Of a DNA stretch of 58,157 nucleotides, positions 44,105 through 53,691 are shown one piece after another (the stretch's first letter is position 1; every line of letters starts with the position of its first letter). Under the pieces are notes generated by a model that made no database searches, was not told the origin of the DNA, and saw only the letters and a list, made by a program, of their open reading frames with translations. Source of the DNA: a virus (lineage: Duplodnaviria > Caudoviricetes); the IMG/VR virus record IMGVR_UViG_3300023220_000531, positions 1-58,157 of that record. One strand, given 5' to 3'. The position numbers and the translations under genes were made by a program.

Positions 44105-44551
44105 ATGTCAGGCGAAAATGTAGACAATAGATTTGAACAGCCAGCAGGCGGAAGCACTGATAATCCACTAGTTCTAGGCGGAACTGTTAAAACACCTGCC
44201 GGCGCCGACTTGAAAACAAAACTAGCTACTGTTGCTATCGGTGATATATCGTCATCTGGTAGTGTTTGGGTTGTCCCTGGTATTGCTGGTACCATCCAAA
44301 AGATCAGTAACGTCATTGATACGACTATCACCACAGCGAATGCTGGACTGACTTTCGAGATTGGCGGGAATGCGGTTACAGATGCGGCGATCACCATTGC
44401 GTTTTCGGGATCCCTGCCTGGTACCGTAGATCAGTCTACTCCGTCTGCGCTGAATGTGGTTGCAGCAAACGAAGCCATTGAGATCATCAAGGACGGTAAT
44501 AGTACTGTCGCTTCAAACGGTGTAGTTACTTTTGAGATACTGCCTTCCTAA
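44105..44551 (+). CDS. Structural protein (head fibre / decoration-like)
   Basis: AGGA RBS; beta-rich T/V/G/A composition. Confidence 0.6.
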   Translation: MSGENVDNRFEQPAGGSTDNPLVLGGTVKTPAGADLKTKLATVAIGDISSSGSVWVVPGIAGTIQKISNVIDTTITTANAGLTFEIGGNAVTDAAITIAFSGSLPGTVDQSTPSALNVVAANEAIEIIKDGNSTVASNGVVTFEILPS

Positions 44552-45231
44552 TGAGAATCGCTCCAGCACAACATCGGGCTTACACGTATAAGGTTACGGT
44601 AGGCCCTGCTAAAAGCGCGGTATCACTCACTGCACTAAAAACACACCTTAAAGTTTCTGGTACAAATCAAGATACATTGATTTCGATTTATATGAATTCA
44701 GCTATAGATTATGCTGAAAAATTCACACGCAGAGATTTCATTACTCGGACGTACGAAACATTCAGAGATTTCTTTCCCGGGGTGTCCGAAGGCTATTATC
44801 AATTCGGCGACAATCCATCATTTGGAAACTTTTCATTCAACGGTGGTAATCTCGGGTTTGAAATAAGGCGCTCACCTCTTCAAACCATTGAAAAAATCCA
44901 ATACCTAGTAAGTAATGTTTTAACCCTGGTCGATTCATCGATTTTTTATAATACAATCGAAGAAGATTACTCAGAGGTTTTAACGTTTGATTCCAACGAA
45001 TGGCCAACGAATGCCGATCGACGCTTACAATCTGTAGTGATCACGTTTAAGGCTGGTTTCGGTGATGCCGATAGTGATATGCCACCATGGATAGCTGAAG
45101 GGGTATTTCAACACGTCGCTGAAATGTTTGCCAATAGAGGCGATTGCGGCGAGTTAGGTGATAAGCAAGGTTTGTTTTTACCACATACAGCCAGGTTGAT
45201 CTATCTACAAAACCGAATCGAAAACCTATAA
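44551..45231 (+). CDS. Head-tail connector (gp6 / phiE125 gp8-like)
   Basis: VSL..LK.HLKV...D.LI....AE.FT.R, WP......V.ITFKAGFG, P......VA.MF.NRG. Confidence 0.88.
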   Translation: MRIAPAQHRAYTYKVTVGPAKSAVSLTALKTHLKVSGTNQDTLISIYMNSAIDYAEKFTRRDFITRTYETFRDFFPGVSEGYYQFGDNPSFGNFSFNGGNLGFEIRRSPLQTIEKIQYLVSNVLTLVDSSIFYNTIEEDYSEVLTFDSNEWPTNADRRLQSVVITFKAGFGDADSDMPPWIAEGVFQHVAEMFANRGDCGELGDKQGLFLPHTARLIYLQNRIENL

Positions 45232-45324
45232 AACACTTCACAGCGCACTTCAATTGACATGTACTTGTACTTATTCCAAAAATAGCCCATATTTCAATTG
45301 TGCCTAACAAATGGAAATTAAAAT

Positions 45325-47115
45325 ATGAGAATTTTAAATAGATTTAACTTATTCATTGCCGCCGTTCTATCCTCTGCGGTTAGCTTTTCTGATACATCAA
45401 TCATAGCGGTCAATCAGGACGATTGGACTGATATATCCTCATCCTCACCAACGGCTTTTATTACTAATACGTCTGTTTGTGATGCCCGTTATGTGGAAGC
45501 ATTGGTTAAGCCTTCTACAGCATCGAAAGAAGGCCACCTTTTACACGCTAACGACCAAATCACCTATTCTATTGCCCCGGGCAATAATGTATTCGTAAGA
45601 ACAATTAATTGCATTGGTACGGTTACGGTAAGCCCTGGTGATACTTTCTCTACCGGTGGTGGTGGTGAAAGCTCGGTTAATATCGTCGGTCCATTGTCGT
45701 CTTTTGGCGAAGTAACCATTGCAGCACCCTTCCCTATCGCACAAATTACAGCGGCCTATGGTCTACTGGACAAAACAGAAAGCTTTTTATTCAGTGGTGG
45801 CACAACAAAGGCTGAGAACTCTTTATTTGTGACGTCCAGCGGCACTGATGCTGCAGGATCTGCGTTTTTGCTCACACGTAGACAAGTAGCTTATCGAGCT
45901 GGACAGGGGCTTATAGCAAGATTCACGTCCATTTTTGATACTCCGGTTGTTGATAATACTCAAGTTGCGGGTCTGATAATCAACACGGATAACCTGACAT
46001 TTGGTTTTGTCGGTGAAAATTTTGGCATTCTTTATCAACACGGCGGCGAGTCGGAGATAGAAGAACTAACAATTACGACACCCGCTGGTGGATCTGAAAA
46101 TGCGACGGTGACGGTCGATGGTACACCGTTCACTGTGCCTTTAACGGTGGGAACCGTTCAACATAACGCCTTTGAGATTGCGGAATCACTCAACGCGCAA
46201 GTCGCAAATTATGATTTTACATCTAATGATGACCAAGTTGTAGCGAGATCGGTTGTATTCGGCGACAATCTTTCGTTTGCCTTCAGTAGCTCAACAGCTG
46301 TCGCGGCTTGGGTACAGGTAGAGGCAGGACTTGCGCCAACAGCTGAATTTATACCCCAGCCAACATGGAATGTCGATACACGAATAAGCGCAGATCCTGA
46401 AGTTAATCTGGATCCGCTAGTGGGGAATGTTTATCAGATACAAATGCAATACCTCGGCTTTGGTGGTATAGAATTTTACGTTGAAGATGCTAAAACAGCT
46501 CAACTTGTACTCGTTCACCGAATCAAATTTGCCAATACTTCACTAACGACTTCAGTAACAAACCCTACTTTTAGGGTTGGATGGGCTTCGGCCAATGCTG
46601 GGAATACGACGAATATTGAGGTCAAAGGCGGTTCAGCATCAGGTTTTATTGAAGGAATAATGCTACGCACAGAATCACCGCGCGCTGCAGAGAATACAAA
46701 CGCAAGCGTTCCCGTCGGATCATTTGTTAATATTTTAACGATTAGAAACCGAATAGCCTTTGGCACACGTCGCAACAGGGCAGAAGTTTTCGGATTAAGC
46801 CTTACAGCCGCTACTGATTCAGTAAAAGCTGCCATAATAGAAGTAACTGTTGGCGCCTCGATAACAGGTGATCTTGATTTCCAATATATCGACAAAAGTA
46901 ATTCTGTTGTAGAAATAGCTGATGATCCCGGTACTGTCACAGGTGGAAAACTAGTGGCGAGCTTTATTGTTCCCTCTTCTTCTGGTGTTGTTGTAAACTT
47001 GGAAGAACTGGCATCACTGATATTGCCTGGTGAAGTACTAACTATCAGCAGTCAGATTACAACAGGCTCACCATCGTCAGTCAGTACTTCAATTATTTGG
47101 CAAGAGGATTTGTAA
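45325..47115 (+). CDS. 596-aa beta-rich virion-like protein with a signal-peptide-like N-terminus
   Basis: YRAGQG..RFT, Q..WN.D, N.YQI..QYLGFG...F and W.E C-terminus resemble a widespread phage structural family. Confidence 0.65.
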   Translation: MRILNRFNLFIAAVLSSAVSFSDTSIIAVNQDDWTDISSSSPTAFITNTSVCDARYVEALVKPSTASKEGHLLHANDQITYSIAPGNNVFVRTINCIGTVTVSPGDTFSTGGGGESSVNIVGPLSSFGEVTIAAPFPIAQITAAYGLLDKTESFLFSGGTTKAENSLFVTSSGTDAAGSAFLLTRRQVAYRAGQGLIARFTSIFDTPVVDNTQVAGLIINTDNLTFGFVGENFGILYQHGGESEIEELTITTPAGGSENATVTVDGTPFTVPLTVGTVQHNAFEIAESLNAQVANYDFTSNDDQVVARSVVFGDNLSFAFSSSTAVAAWVQVEAGLAPTAEFIPQPTWNVDTRISADPEVNLDPLVGNVYQIQMQYLGFGGIEFYVEDAKTAQLVLVHRIKFANTSLTTSVTNPTFRVGWASANAGNTTNIEVKGGSASGFIEGIMLRTESPRAAENTNASVPVGSFVNILTIRNRIAFGTRRNRAEVFGLSLTAATDSVKAAIIEVTVGASITGDLDFQYIDKSNSVVEIADDPGTVTGGKLVASFIVPSSSGVVVNLEELASLILPGEVLTISSQITTGSPSSVSTSIIWQEDL

Positions 47116-47292
47116 GTGACTCAGTACGCAGAATTCTATGTAGATGATCCAGAATCAGGTGAATTGGTATTAATATATCGTACCGAATGTGAACCATTTA
47201 CTAATATATTGCCGGATGCTGAATCAAAAGATGGAGCTGAGTTATTTTCGATAATTGATGGAAAACCTATAAGTTGGCACGAGGATATTTGA
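47116..47292 (+). CDS. 58-aa acidic protein (not in ORF track)
   Basis: GAGG RBS with GTG start; exactly fills the gap between neighbours. Confidence 0.6.
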   Translation: MTQYAEFYVDDPESGELVLIYRTECEPFTNILPDAESKDGAELFSIIDGKPISWHEDI

Positions 47293-47685
47293 ATGCCTAA
47301 GTGTGTAAAGATCAGGCGAAAGCATAGACAGATTTGTATCGGCGACCTTGATAAAATCATCGATATACAGAATCGTTCGCTTGATGATGGTTTTGACAAC
47401 GATACCGAGCTTGAAGAATTCACCACTTTCCTTTCTCCATGGTCGATGCTGGAAACAGTTAAAGGTATTTTTGTTGTCGATGAGGTCAATGGCGGCGATA
47501 TCGAAGTAACTCACAGGTTTACTATCCGGTTTCCTGACGATGCTATAACTGGTGAGAATTGGATACTTTTCAAGGAAAAGCGTTATTCGATTCTAAGCCA
47601 GCAAAACTTTGAAGAGCTCGACGAGTTTTTACAATTGCTATGCGTAGAGAAGGGATCCAAAGATCGGAAGGCTGCCAGTGCTTAA
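47293..47685 (+). CDS. Head closure / head-tail adaptor (SPP1 gp16-like)
   Basis: IGDL...I.IQ...W.......THRFTIR...I....I......Y.I...L.L.C.E. Confidence 0.85.
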   Translation: MPKCVKIRRKHRQICIGDLDKIIDIQNRSLDDGFDNDTELEEFTTFLSPWSMLETVKGIFVVDEVNGGDIEVTHRFTIRFPDDAITGENWILFKEKRYSILSQQNFEELDEFLQLLCVEKGSKDRKAASA

Positions 47686-48139
47686 ACCTGGACCTAGAAA
47701 CAAAAAGGCTTTTATTGCCATCGAAGAATTGGAAAAGAGAACAGAAAGAGGTTTAAGACAGGGATTCTTTGAACTTGGCGACGATCTAAACACCGAACTA
47801 TCTAAACAAATGCTTGCAAAAAATAAGCGCGGTCGTGTTTACGTCCGTCGAATCCGAGGCGGTACACGTCGAAGGCATAAATCATCAGCACCAGGCCAAA
47901 CACCGGCAAACCGAACTGGTACAATGCGCAGAGCAAGAGGTTATCAACTTTTTGGTTCAGATCAGCTAGAATGGGGTATAAGATCAGGCAAGGGTGCTGA
48001 TTACGCTAAATTTCTAGAAAGCGGTACCGGTCGAATGTCAGCAAGACCAGGATTAAGAAACACTGTGAGAGCAACCCAACGTAATGCGCATAATGACTTT
48101 TCAAAAAACATTGAAAGAGAATTAACCAAACTGCCATGA
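47678..48139 (+). CDS. HK97 gp10-like tail completion protein
   Basis: H.SSAPG..PA.RTG, YA.FLE.GT..M.ARP. Confidence 0.85.
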   Translation: MLKPGPRNKKAFIAIEELEKRTERGLRQGFFELGDDLNTELSKQMLAKNKRGRVYVRRIRGGTRRRHKSSAPGQTPANRTGTMRRARGYQLFGSDQLEWGIRSGKGADYAKFLESGTGRMSARPGLRNTVRATQRNAHNDFSKNIERELTKLP

Positions 48140-49236
48140 AAGCCAGAGATATCGAGAGCAGATTACAAGACGAATTACCCCAATTAACCAACCGGTTTAC
48201 CCGGGAAGTATCGCTCGTTTCGATTATTCCTTCAGGTACTACAGCCACAGCGACCACATCGGCCGCGCATGGTAAAAGTGTCGGTGATCTTGTTTATGTT
48301 ATCGGTGCATTTGCTCCTGTAGTGATAACGTCAATTACGCGCGTAGGCACAACAGCAACAGTTATCACATCTACAAATCACGATTTAACAGAAAACTTCT
48401 TTGATACCATTACAATCGACGGTGCAACTGAATCAGAATTTAATGGCACATTTGATTTCAAGTTAACCGGAAAAGTATTAAATCGTAAAAAGTTTACATT
48501 TCAAGTTGCTGATTCTGGTCCTACGTCGTCAACCGGCAGCCCTGTTTTAGTTAATCCGGGCTCACCATTTGGCTACAACGGAAAACTAACACTGACCGGC
48601 GTTCCCAGTGCCACATCATTTACATATGATTTAACTTTAGCTTTAACCGAACCAGCTAACGTCGATACTGCATCAGTTGTTTTAGGATTGAGGATTTATT
48701 CAGCAATTACCCCAGAAAGAGCAAAAGAAGTTTTTGAATCTTCAGATGTATCTGGTGATGAATTGGTTGCTATTATAGTCGTTGGAGACATAACGGCTTC
48801 AAGATCAAGATCATCACTGAATGACGGTGTTGATTCAGGTGGCGTATCTGGGGATAACAGACAGCAAATATTAAATCCATACAATGTTTTTATGTTTCAA
48901 AAAGTTACTGATACAACGTCTGCAGCTGATCAAAGAGATACAATGGATGACATGGTTAGATTTGTGATCCGTTCGTTAGTAGGATGGGCGCCAAAAAGCA
49001 ATTACAATGTCGACTCTGGTAATGTGTCTAGATTTGTTAATGCTGGAGTCGATGAATACACACGGGCACTCTACGTTCACGGCGTAGAATTCCAATTAAT
49101 TGAAGAAATTACAAGCGGCGATTTGGCAATTGAACCCTTTAATGTGGCATTTCGCGATATTGCTGGTACTATTACTACAGATCAGGGCGAACAACCGCTG
49201 CTGGATGACATAAATTTAGACCAAGAACCCTTGTGA
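48136..49236 (+). CDS. Tail terminator-like protein with inserted FCCH-like beta domains
   Basis: Position before the sheath gene; SITRVGTTATV.T...H.L...I.GA....FNG.F......FTF repeats. Confidence 0.65.
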   Translation: MKARDIESRLQDELPQLTNRFTREVSLVSIIPSGTTATATTSAAHGKSVGDLVYVIGAFAPVVITSITRVGTTATVITSTNHDLTENFFDTITIDGATESEFNGTFDFKLTGKVLNRKKFTFQVADSGPTSSTGSPVLVNPGSPFGYNGKLTLTGVPSATSFTYDLTLALTEPANVDTASVVLGLRIYSAITPERAKEVFESSDVSGDELVAIIVVGDITASRSRSSLNDGVDSGGVSGDNRQQILNPYNVFMFQKVTDTTSAADQRDTMDDMVRFVIRSLVGWAPKSNYNVDSGNVSRFVNAGVDEYTRALYVHGVEFQLIEEITSGDLAIEPFNVAFRDIAGTITTDQGEQPLLDDINLDQEPL

Positions 49237-49243
49237 GATTATT

Positions 49244-49456
49244 ATGACTTGTAAAGATTGCCATGTTGAATTAGAAATCAATGTCGATCTTCCTGGCTAT
49301 CCCAAAGGAACAAAGATCAAAGTCAGTGCGAATAAAGGTATTCCTACTTCAAAGTATTGGAGAGACCGAATTAAAGATTCTGATATCGACGGTTGCGTTT
49401 CAGTAGTTGTGAAAAAGACAGCCAAATCACCTAAACCCTCCGGAGCCGAATCATAA
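49244..49456 (+). CDS. Small pre-sheath protein (Mu gp38 / DUF2635-like)
   Basis: YWR.RIKD motif; position. Confidence 0.6.
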   Translation: MTCKDCHVELEINVDLPGYPKGTKIKVSANKGIPTSKYWRDRIKDSDIDGCVSVVVKKTAKSPKPSGAES

Positions 49457-51021
49457 TGACCGAAATAAGCTTCCCCGAAACTACAACATCTTTAACCGGT
49501 GCTGTTGTTAACGTTAGTAACGAACCACAACGGATACTAGTTGCCAGCCAAAAGACGGCTGCAGGTACTGCTGTTTCTGGTGCGTTAAATACCAATATTC
49601 AAGCCGACGCTGATACATTGGCTGGTATTACCTCGATGGGTGCCGCTGTTGTTCGTGGTATTCGCAGGGCCAATACTGATACTGCTGTTGATTCCATATT
49701 CCTTGATGATGCGACCGGTACGGCTGCAACAGGCACAATTGTTTATGCAGGAACTGCAACGGCCGCTGGTGAATTGACAGCTATTACCGGGTCCCAGAGA
49801 AATAACAAATTATCAATCGCTGTAGCTGTCGGTGATACTGCTACCGTTATCGGCGACGCGCTTGTTGCAGCAATTATTGCCAACCTTCGCGCTCCCGTGA
49901 CTGGTATTAATACAGCTGGTAGCGTGGCACTTACAGCTGAAAATGATGGAACAGAGGGTAACGGAATTCATCTAGAAGTCGGTGATACCGTTGCTGGAAT
50001 AACTCAAACTGTAACAGCTATGACTGGTGGTGCTACAGATCCAACACTGACAGGTATATTCGATGTCATCGGCGATACCCGGTACCAGGCTATTGTTTGG
50101 AGTTGGTCAAACAGTCTTGCTGAATTAGTTACACTAGTTGACGATCGATTTAATGTTACTGATGATATTTTGGATGCCTTAGGCCATGTTGCCGCTTCAG
50201 ACACATTATCAAATCACTTAATCGTTGCTGGAGCTCAAAATACTTTCATTAATTACCACGCTCCAAAGCTGATTAGTACTGCAACCATCAAAGGCAATGA
50301 TCGAGGTGAACTACCTTATGTATTGGCAGGTTATGCCGGTGCACTGCGAAGCGTTAAATTAACCGTAGGCGCTTCAATCGCTGACTTGAACGTTGGCGAA
50401 TCCGGTTTAGATGGTATCGGTGGACCTGCTTTGGCCTCAAGGCCTTTGGCAAATACACCGGTGAATGCTTTATTGCCATCAGTACAAGGAATCGGGTGGA
50501 CTAGGCTGGAGATAAAACAGCTGAGAGATGCCGGAATGTCGGTCATGGGAAATAACAAGGCCGGTAATAAAGTTGTTTTAGGTCAGCAAATGACGCTAAG
50601 AACAACTGATTCAGCTGGCAACCCAGACAATTCATTTAAGTTTGTAAGCTTTTTTGATACCTCGACAGGTATTAGAGAGTTTTATGATAGCAACCTGAGA
50701 TCTGAATATGCTCAATCCAGGCTGACTGGCGGCGATGTTGTTGCTGGTCGACCAATGGTTAATCAAATATTATTTGAAGCGAAATTAACCGAGTTATTCA
50801 CCATTCTTTCCGAGGCTGGATTTGTTCTTACCCAAGCCGGACAACTTGCGCTTAACTTCTTCATTGCAAACATGGTTGTTACAGTCAATCTACAAACCGG
50901 AACTATTACCTGGTCCGTAAAAACTCCAATCAACGTACAGCTTCGAAATATTAACGGTGTAATTGAAATCGTTTTCGATGTTGTTGAAAGCTCAGGCGTA
51001 ACTGAAACAGAGGAAGCGTAA
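49456..51021 (+). CDS. Tail sheath protein (Mu gpL-like)
   Basis: ATGTI...GTAT.AG, V.LTA...G..GN, M.GGATDP, T.RTTD.AG.PD. Confidence 0.93.
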   Translation: MTEISFPETTTSLTGAVVNVSNEPQRILVASQKTAAGTAVSGALNTNIQADADTLAGITSMGAAVVRGIRRANTDTAVDSIFLDDATGTAATGTIVYAGTATAAGELTAITGSQRNNKLSIAVAVGDTATVIGDALVAAIIANLRAPVTGINTAGSVALTAENDGTEGNGIHLEVGDTVAGITQTVTAMTGGATDPTLTGIFDVIGDTRYQAIVWSWSNSLAELVTLVDDRFNVTDDILDALGHVAASDTLSNHLIVAGAQNTFINYHAPKLISTATIKGNDRGELPYVLAGYAGALRSVKLTVGASIADLNVGESGLDGIGGPALASRPLANTPVNALLPSVQGIGWTRLEIKQLRDAGMSVMGNNKAGNKVVLGQQMTLRTTDSAGNPDNSFKFVSFFDTSTGIREFYDSNLRSEYAQSRLTGGDVVAGRPMVNQILFEAKLTELFTILSEAGFVLTQAGQLALNFFIANMVVTVNLQTGTITWSVKTPINVQLRNINGVIEIVFDVVESSGVTETEEA

Positions 51022-51023
51022 AA

Positions 51024-51419
51024 ATGTCTATTGCGAATGATACGATTACGGTAAACGGTAACCCTGTTGCCATTAAGCCTAATTCTTTCAAGTACAAGCG
51101 CGGCGTAGCCAAATCGAAGGTTCGAACTGTTGTTGTTGGCAATGTCCGCACACAGGATTTCTCTCAAGATTTCGAAGACTCCATGGCTATGGTATCGTTT
51201 ATTTTGCTTCCAAGTGTAGAAAACGAAGGTTTGATTGATGGTTGGCAGGATGCTCTTAATACCAACACGGTAACTGATACAGGCATTGAAACGGTTAGCG
51301 GTGTTGAACAGTCATTCCGAAGGACATTTAAAAACGCTTCCGTTGTCGATGATCCAGAGCGCGCCCACGGTGCCGATGGTGAAATACCAATAGAATTCCA
51401 AGCTGATCAGGCGGTTTAA
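51024..51419 (+). CDS. Tail tube protein
   Basis: 131 aa directly after the sheath gene; C-terminal DGEIPIEF. Confidence 0.85.
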   Translation: MSIANDTITVNGNPVAIKPNSFKYKRGVAKSKVRTVVVGNVRTQDFSQDFEDSMAMVSFILLPSVENEGLIDGWQDALNTNTVTDTGIETVSGVEQSFRRTFKNASVVDDPERAHGADGEIPIEFQADQAV

Positions 51420-51420
51420 T

Positions 51421-51909
51421 ATGAGTGTCGACGTTATTTTAGACGATGGCTTTAAGTATCATTTTAATGGTGAAGATGTAACAGCCAAACTTATTCGTAT
51501 CGCTCCTTTCTCAATGAAGCAATTAGATAAAGCTGATCCGATAAGAGAGATTTATTCTCACTCTATGGCCAATATGCAAATGAGGCTTACGGAAGAAGAA
51601 AAAGCCGAGATTGAAAAAGCACAGGAAATCGCAGCCGATAAAGCAGAGAAAGCCGATAAAAAGGAAGAAAAAGAAAAAAAGCTTGAAGTTGCAGATGGAA
51701 AGGCACTTTTATCGTTGTTTAGAATGCATTGTGATAAAGGTGATGCATCTAGAATGTCTTTGTATATGAAAGCTTTGCTTACCTCGGGCGTTGCTTATAT
51801 CGACGGTGAAAATGATCACAAGTTAAACGGCGCCAACATCGATGATATGACCCCGGGTGACTTCGACAAGCTTGCGGGGGAATATCTGGGAAATTTTATC
51901 AATTCGTAA
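51421..51909 (+). CDS. Tail assembly chaperone (gpG-like)
   Basis: Between tube and tape measure genes; ends at a slippery site. Confidence 0.8.
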   Translation: MSVDVILDDGFKYHFNGEDVTAKLIRIAPFSMKQLDKADPIREIYSHSMANMQMRLTEEEKAEIEKAQEIAADKAEKADKKEEKEKKLEVADGKALLSLFRMHCDKGDASRMSLYMKALLTSGVAYIDGENDHKLNGANIDDMTPGDFDKLAGEYLGNFINS

Positions 51910-52088
51910 CTCTAGAAAGGGGTTACGATGATTTAATGCTAAACTGTTACAAAATCGCTAGGTTCACCAACGGCGGTTCACCAGTAGAAAGATTAATTAA
52001 CCTGCCACTCGATGAGCTTTTTTCTGAAATAAACATTGTAAACAAAGCCGCTGAACAAGAAAAAGCCATAGTAGACAGAACGAGGTAA
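51888..52088 (+). other. Programmed -1 frameshift site GGGAAATTTT and gpGT extension
   Basis: G-GGA-AAT and A-AAT-TTT slippery heptamers in frame; the -1 frame is open to TAA 52088 (..FYQFVTLERGYDDLMLNCYKIARF..). Confidence 0.8.
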
Positions 52089-52092
52089 CAAA

Positions 52093-53691
52093 ATGGCTTT
52101 CGATGTTTCGTGGATCTTCACAGCCAAGAACAAATACTCCAAAGAAGCAAAGAAGATTGCTGCCGATACTGCCAAAATTAATAAAGAGGCAAAGGCGGCA
52201 ACCGGCGCCCTATTGAGAAAAGGTTCTGCTTTACGTAAATTAAAAGCAGCTGCGATAATTGCTAAAAGAAAGTTACGCGATTACCGAAAAGAAACCACTT
52301 TAACAACCCGCGCTTCTTCACAACTAGTAACTCAATTAAAAACGTTTGCTGTGACGGCTGTAGCAGGTCTCGGTCTGTTAAAAATCATCCAGGAGGGTGC
52401 CAAGTTTCAAGATTCAATGGCCGACTTGTCAGCGATAACCGGTGCTGTTGGTAAGGATTTTGATTTTCTAAAAGGCAAAGTTAAGGAATTAGCTATTAGT
52501 TCCCGCGTGTTACCGACAGATGTAGCATTGGCATTCAAATCTGTTGCTTCCGCAAAACCCGAGTTACTTGAAAACACAGAACTATTATCTAAAGTCACAG
52601 AGAAAGTTCTGTTGTTGAAAAACGCTGCTGGTATTGAAATGGAAGAGGCGGTAAATACCGTTGCCCGGGGATTAAATATTTTCGGAGCTGAAGCTGATCA
52701 GGCAGGGAAGTTTGTTGATATCCTGGCTGCCGGTGCCAAATTTGGTTCATCGGAAATAAGAAACACTGGAGAGGCTTTGTTGATCGCTGGTGGTTCAGCT
52801 GTCGACGCCGGTTTGAGTTTCACGGAATTAAACGCAGCAATCCAGGTTGTTGCGAAAGGTGGTTTTGTTGCCAGCCAAGCCGGTACTGGACTACAGGCGA
52901 TATTCATAAAGCTGACCAAAGCAGGATTCGATTTCAAAAAGCTCGGTGTTGATGGCGTCATGTCTCAAGTTGCCGATATGCTTGATAGAACAGAAGGTTC
53001 AGCAGCCAAGGCACAATTAAAATCAAAATTATTCGGTGAAGAGCATCAGAAAATTGCAGGCGCATTGCTTAGAAATATCCCACTAATTACTGAATTGAAC
53101 GAAAAGCTTAAAACTACAGGGATTGCGACCGAACAAGCTAGGGTAAGAATGGCAACGTTTAATTCTGGTGTGGAAGGGATGAAAGTTAAGCTTTCTCTTT
53201 TAGCCTCTGGAATTTTTGACAAGACACTTCCCGCGATCGGTTTTCTTACCGGTGGAGTGAATAGCTTTTTATCCAGTCTAGATGAATCCGATATCGAGCT
53301 TTTTAGTTTATTGCTAACAGGTCTTGCGGCGGCCGCTGGTGCTGTCGGTTTAGCGTTTGCCGCTGCATTCAAACTTATACTATTTGTCGTAAAACCTGTT
53401 TTTGCTGTATTAAAAGGAATAGCAACAGTCGTCGGGCAAGTAACAGCTGCATTTGCAACGCTAGATTTCAGTCAATTTGATCTGGGTGGAGCGTTCGATC
53501 TTGGTGGAAGATTCCTTGGACTTGGCGAAGCATCCCCTTCAGTAAGCCCTGCTGTGTCGTCAGCAAGCGCAAATGCAACTGTTAGCGGTGAGATAGTCGT
53601 TAGAGATTCAGGCGGCAATGTCGAATCAGTGAGCTCTGACGGTAATTTCCAGGGCGCTCAAGGCAATATCGGTCTAGGATTAGCAGGATGA
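52093..53691 (+). CDS. Tape measure protein (TP901 family)
   Basis: F..SMADLSAITGA, DILAAGAKFG, AGTGL and LFG.E motifs. Confidence 0.92.
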   Translation: MAFDVSWIFTAKNKYSKEAKKIAADTAKINKEAKAATGALLRKGSALRKLKAAAIIAKRKLRDYRKETTLTTRASSQLVTQLKTFAVTAVAGLGLLKIIQEGAKFQDSMADLSAITGAVGKDFDFLKGKVKELAISSRVLPTDVALAFKSVASAKPELLENTELLSKVTEKVLLLKNAAGIEMEEAVNTVARGLNIFGAEADQAGKFVDILAAGAKFGSSEIRNTGEALLIAGGSAVDAGLSFTELNAAIQVVAKGGFVASQAGTGLQAIFIKLTKAGFDFKKLGVDGVMSQVADMLDRTEGSAAKAQLKSKLFGEEHQKIAGALLRNIPLITELNEKLKTTGIATEQARVRMATFNSGVEGMKVKLSLLASGIFDKTLPAIGFLTGGVNSFLSSLDESDIELFSLLLTGLAAAAGAVGLAFAAAFKLILFVVKPVFAVLKGIATVVGQVTAAFATLDFSQFDLGGAFDLGGRFLGLGEASPSVSPAVSSASANATVSGEIVVRDSGGNVESVSSDGNFQGAQGNIGLGLAG

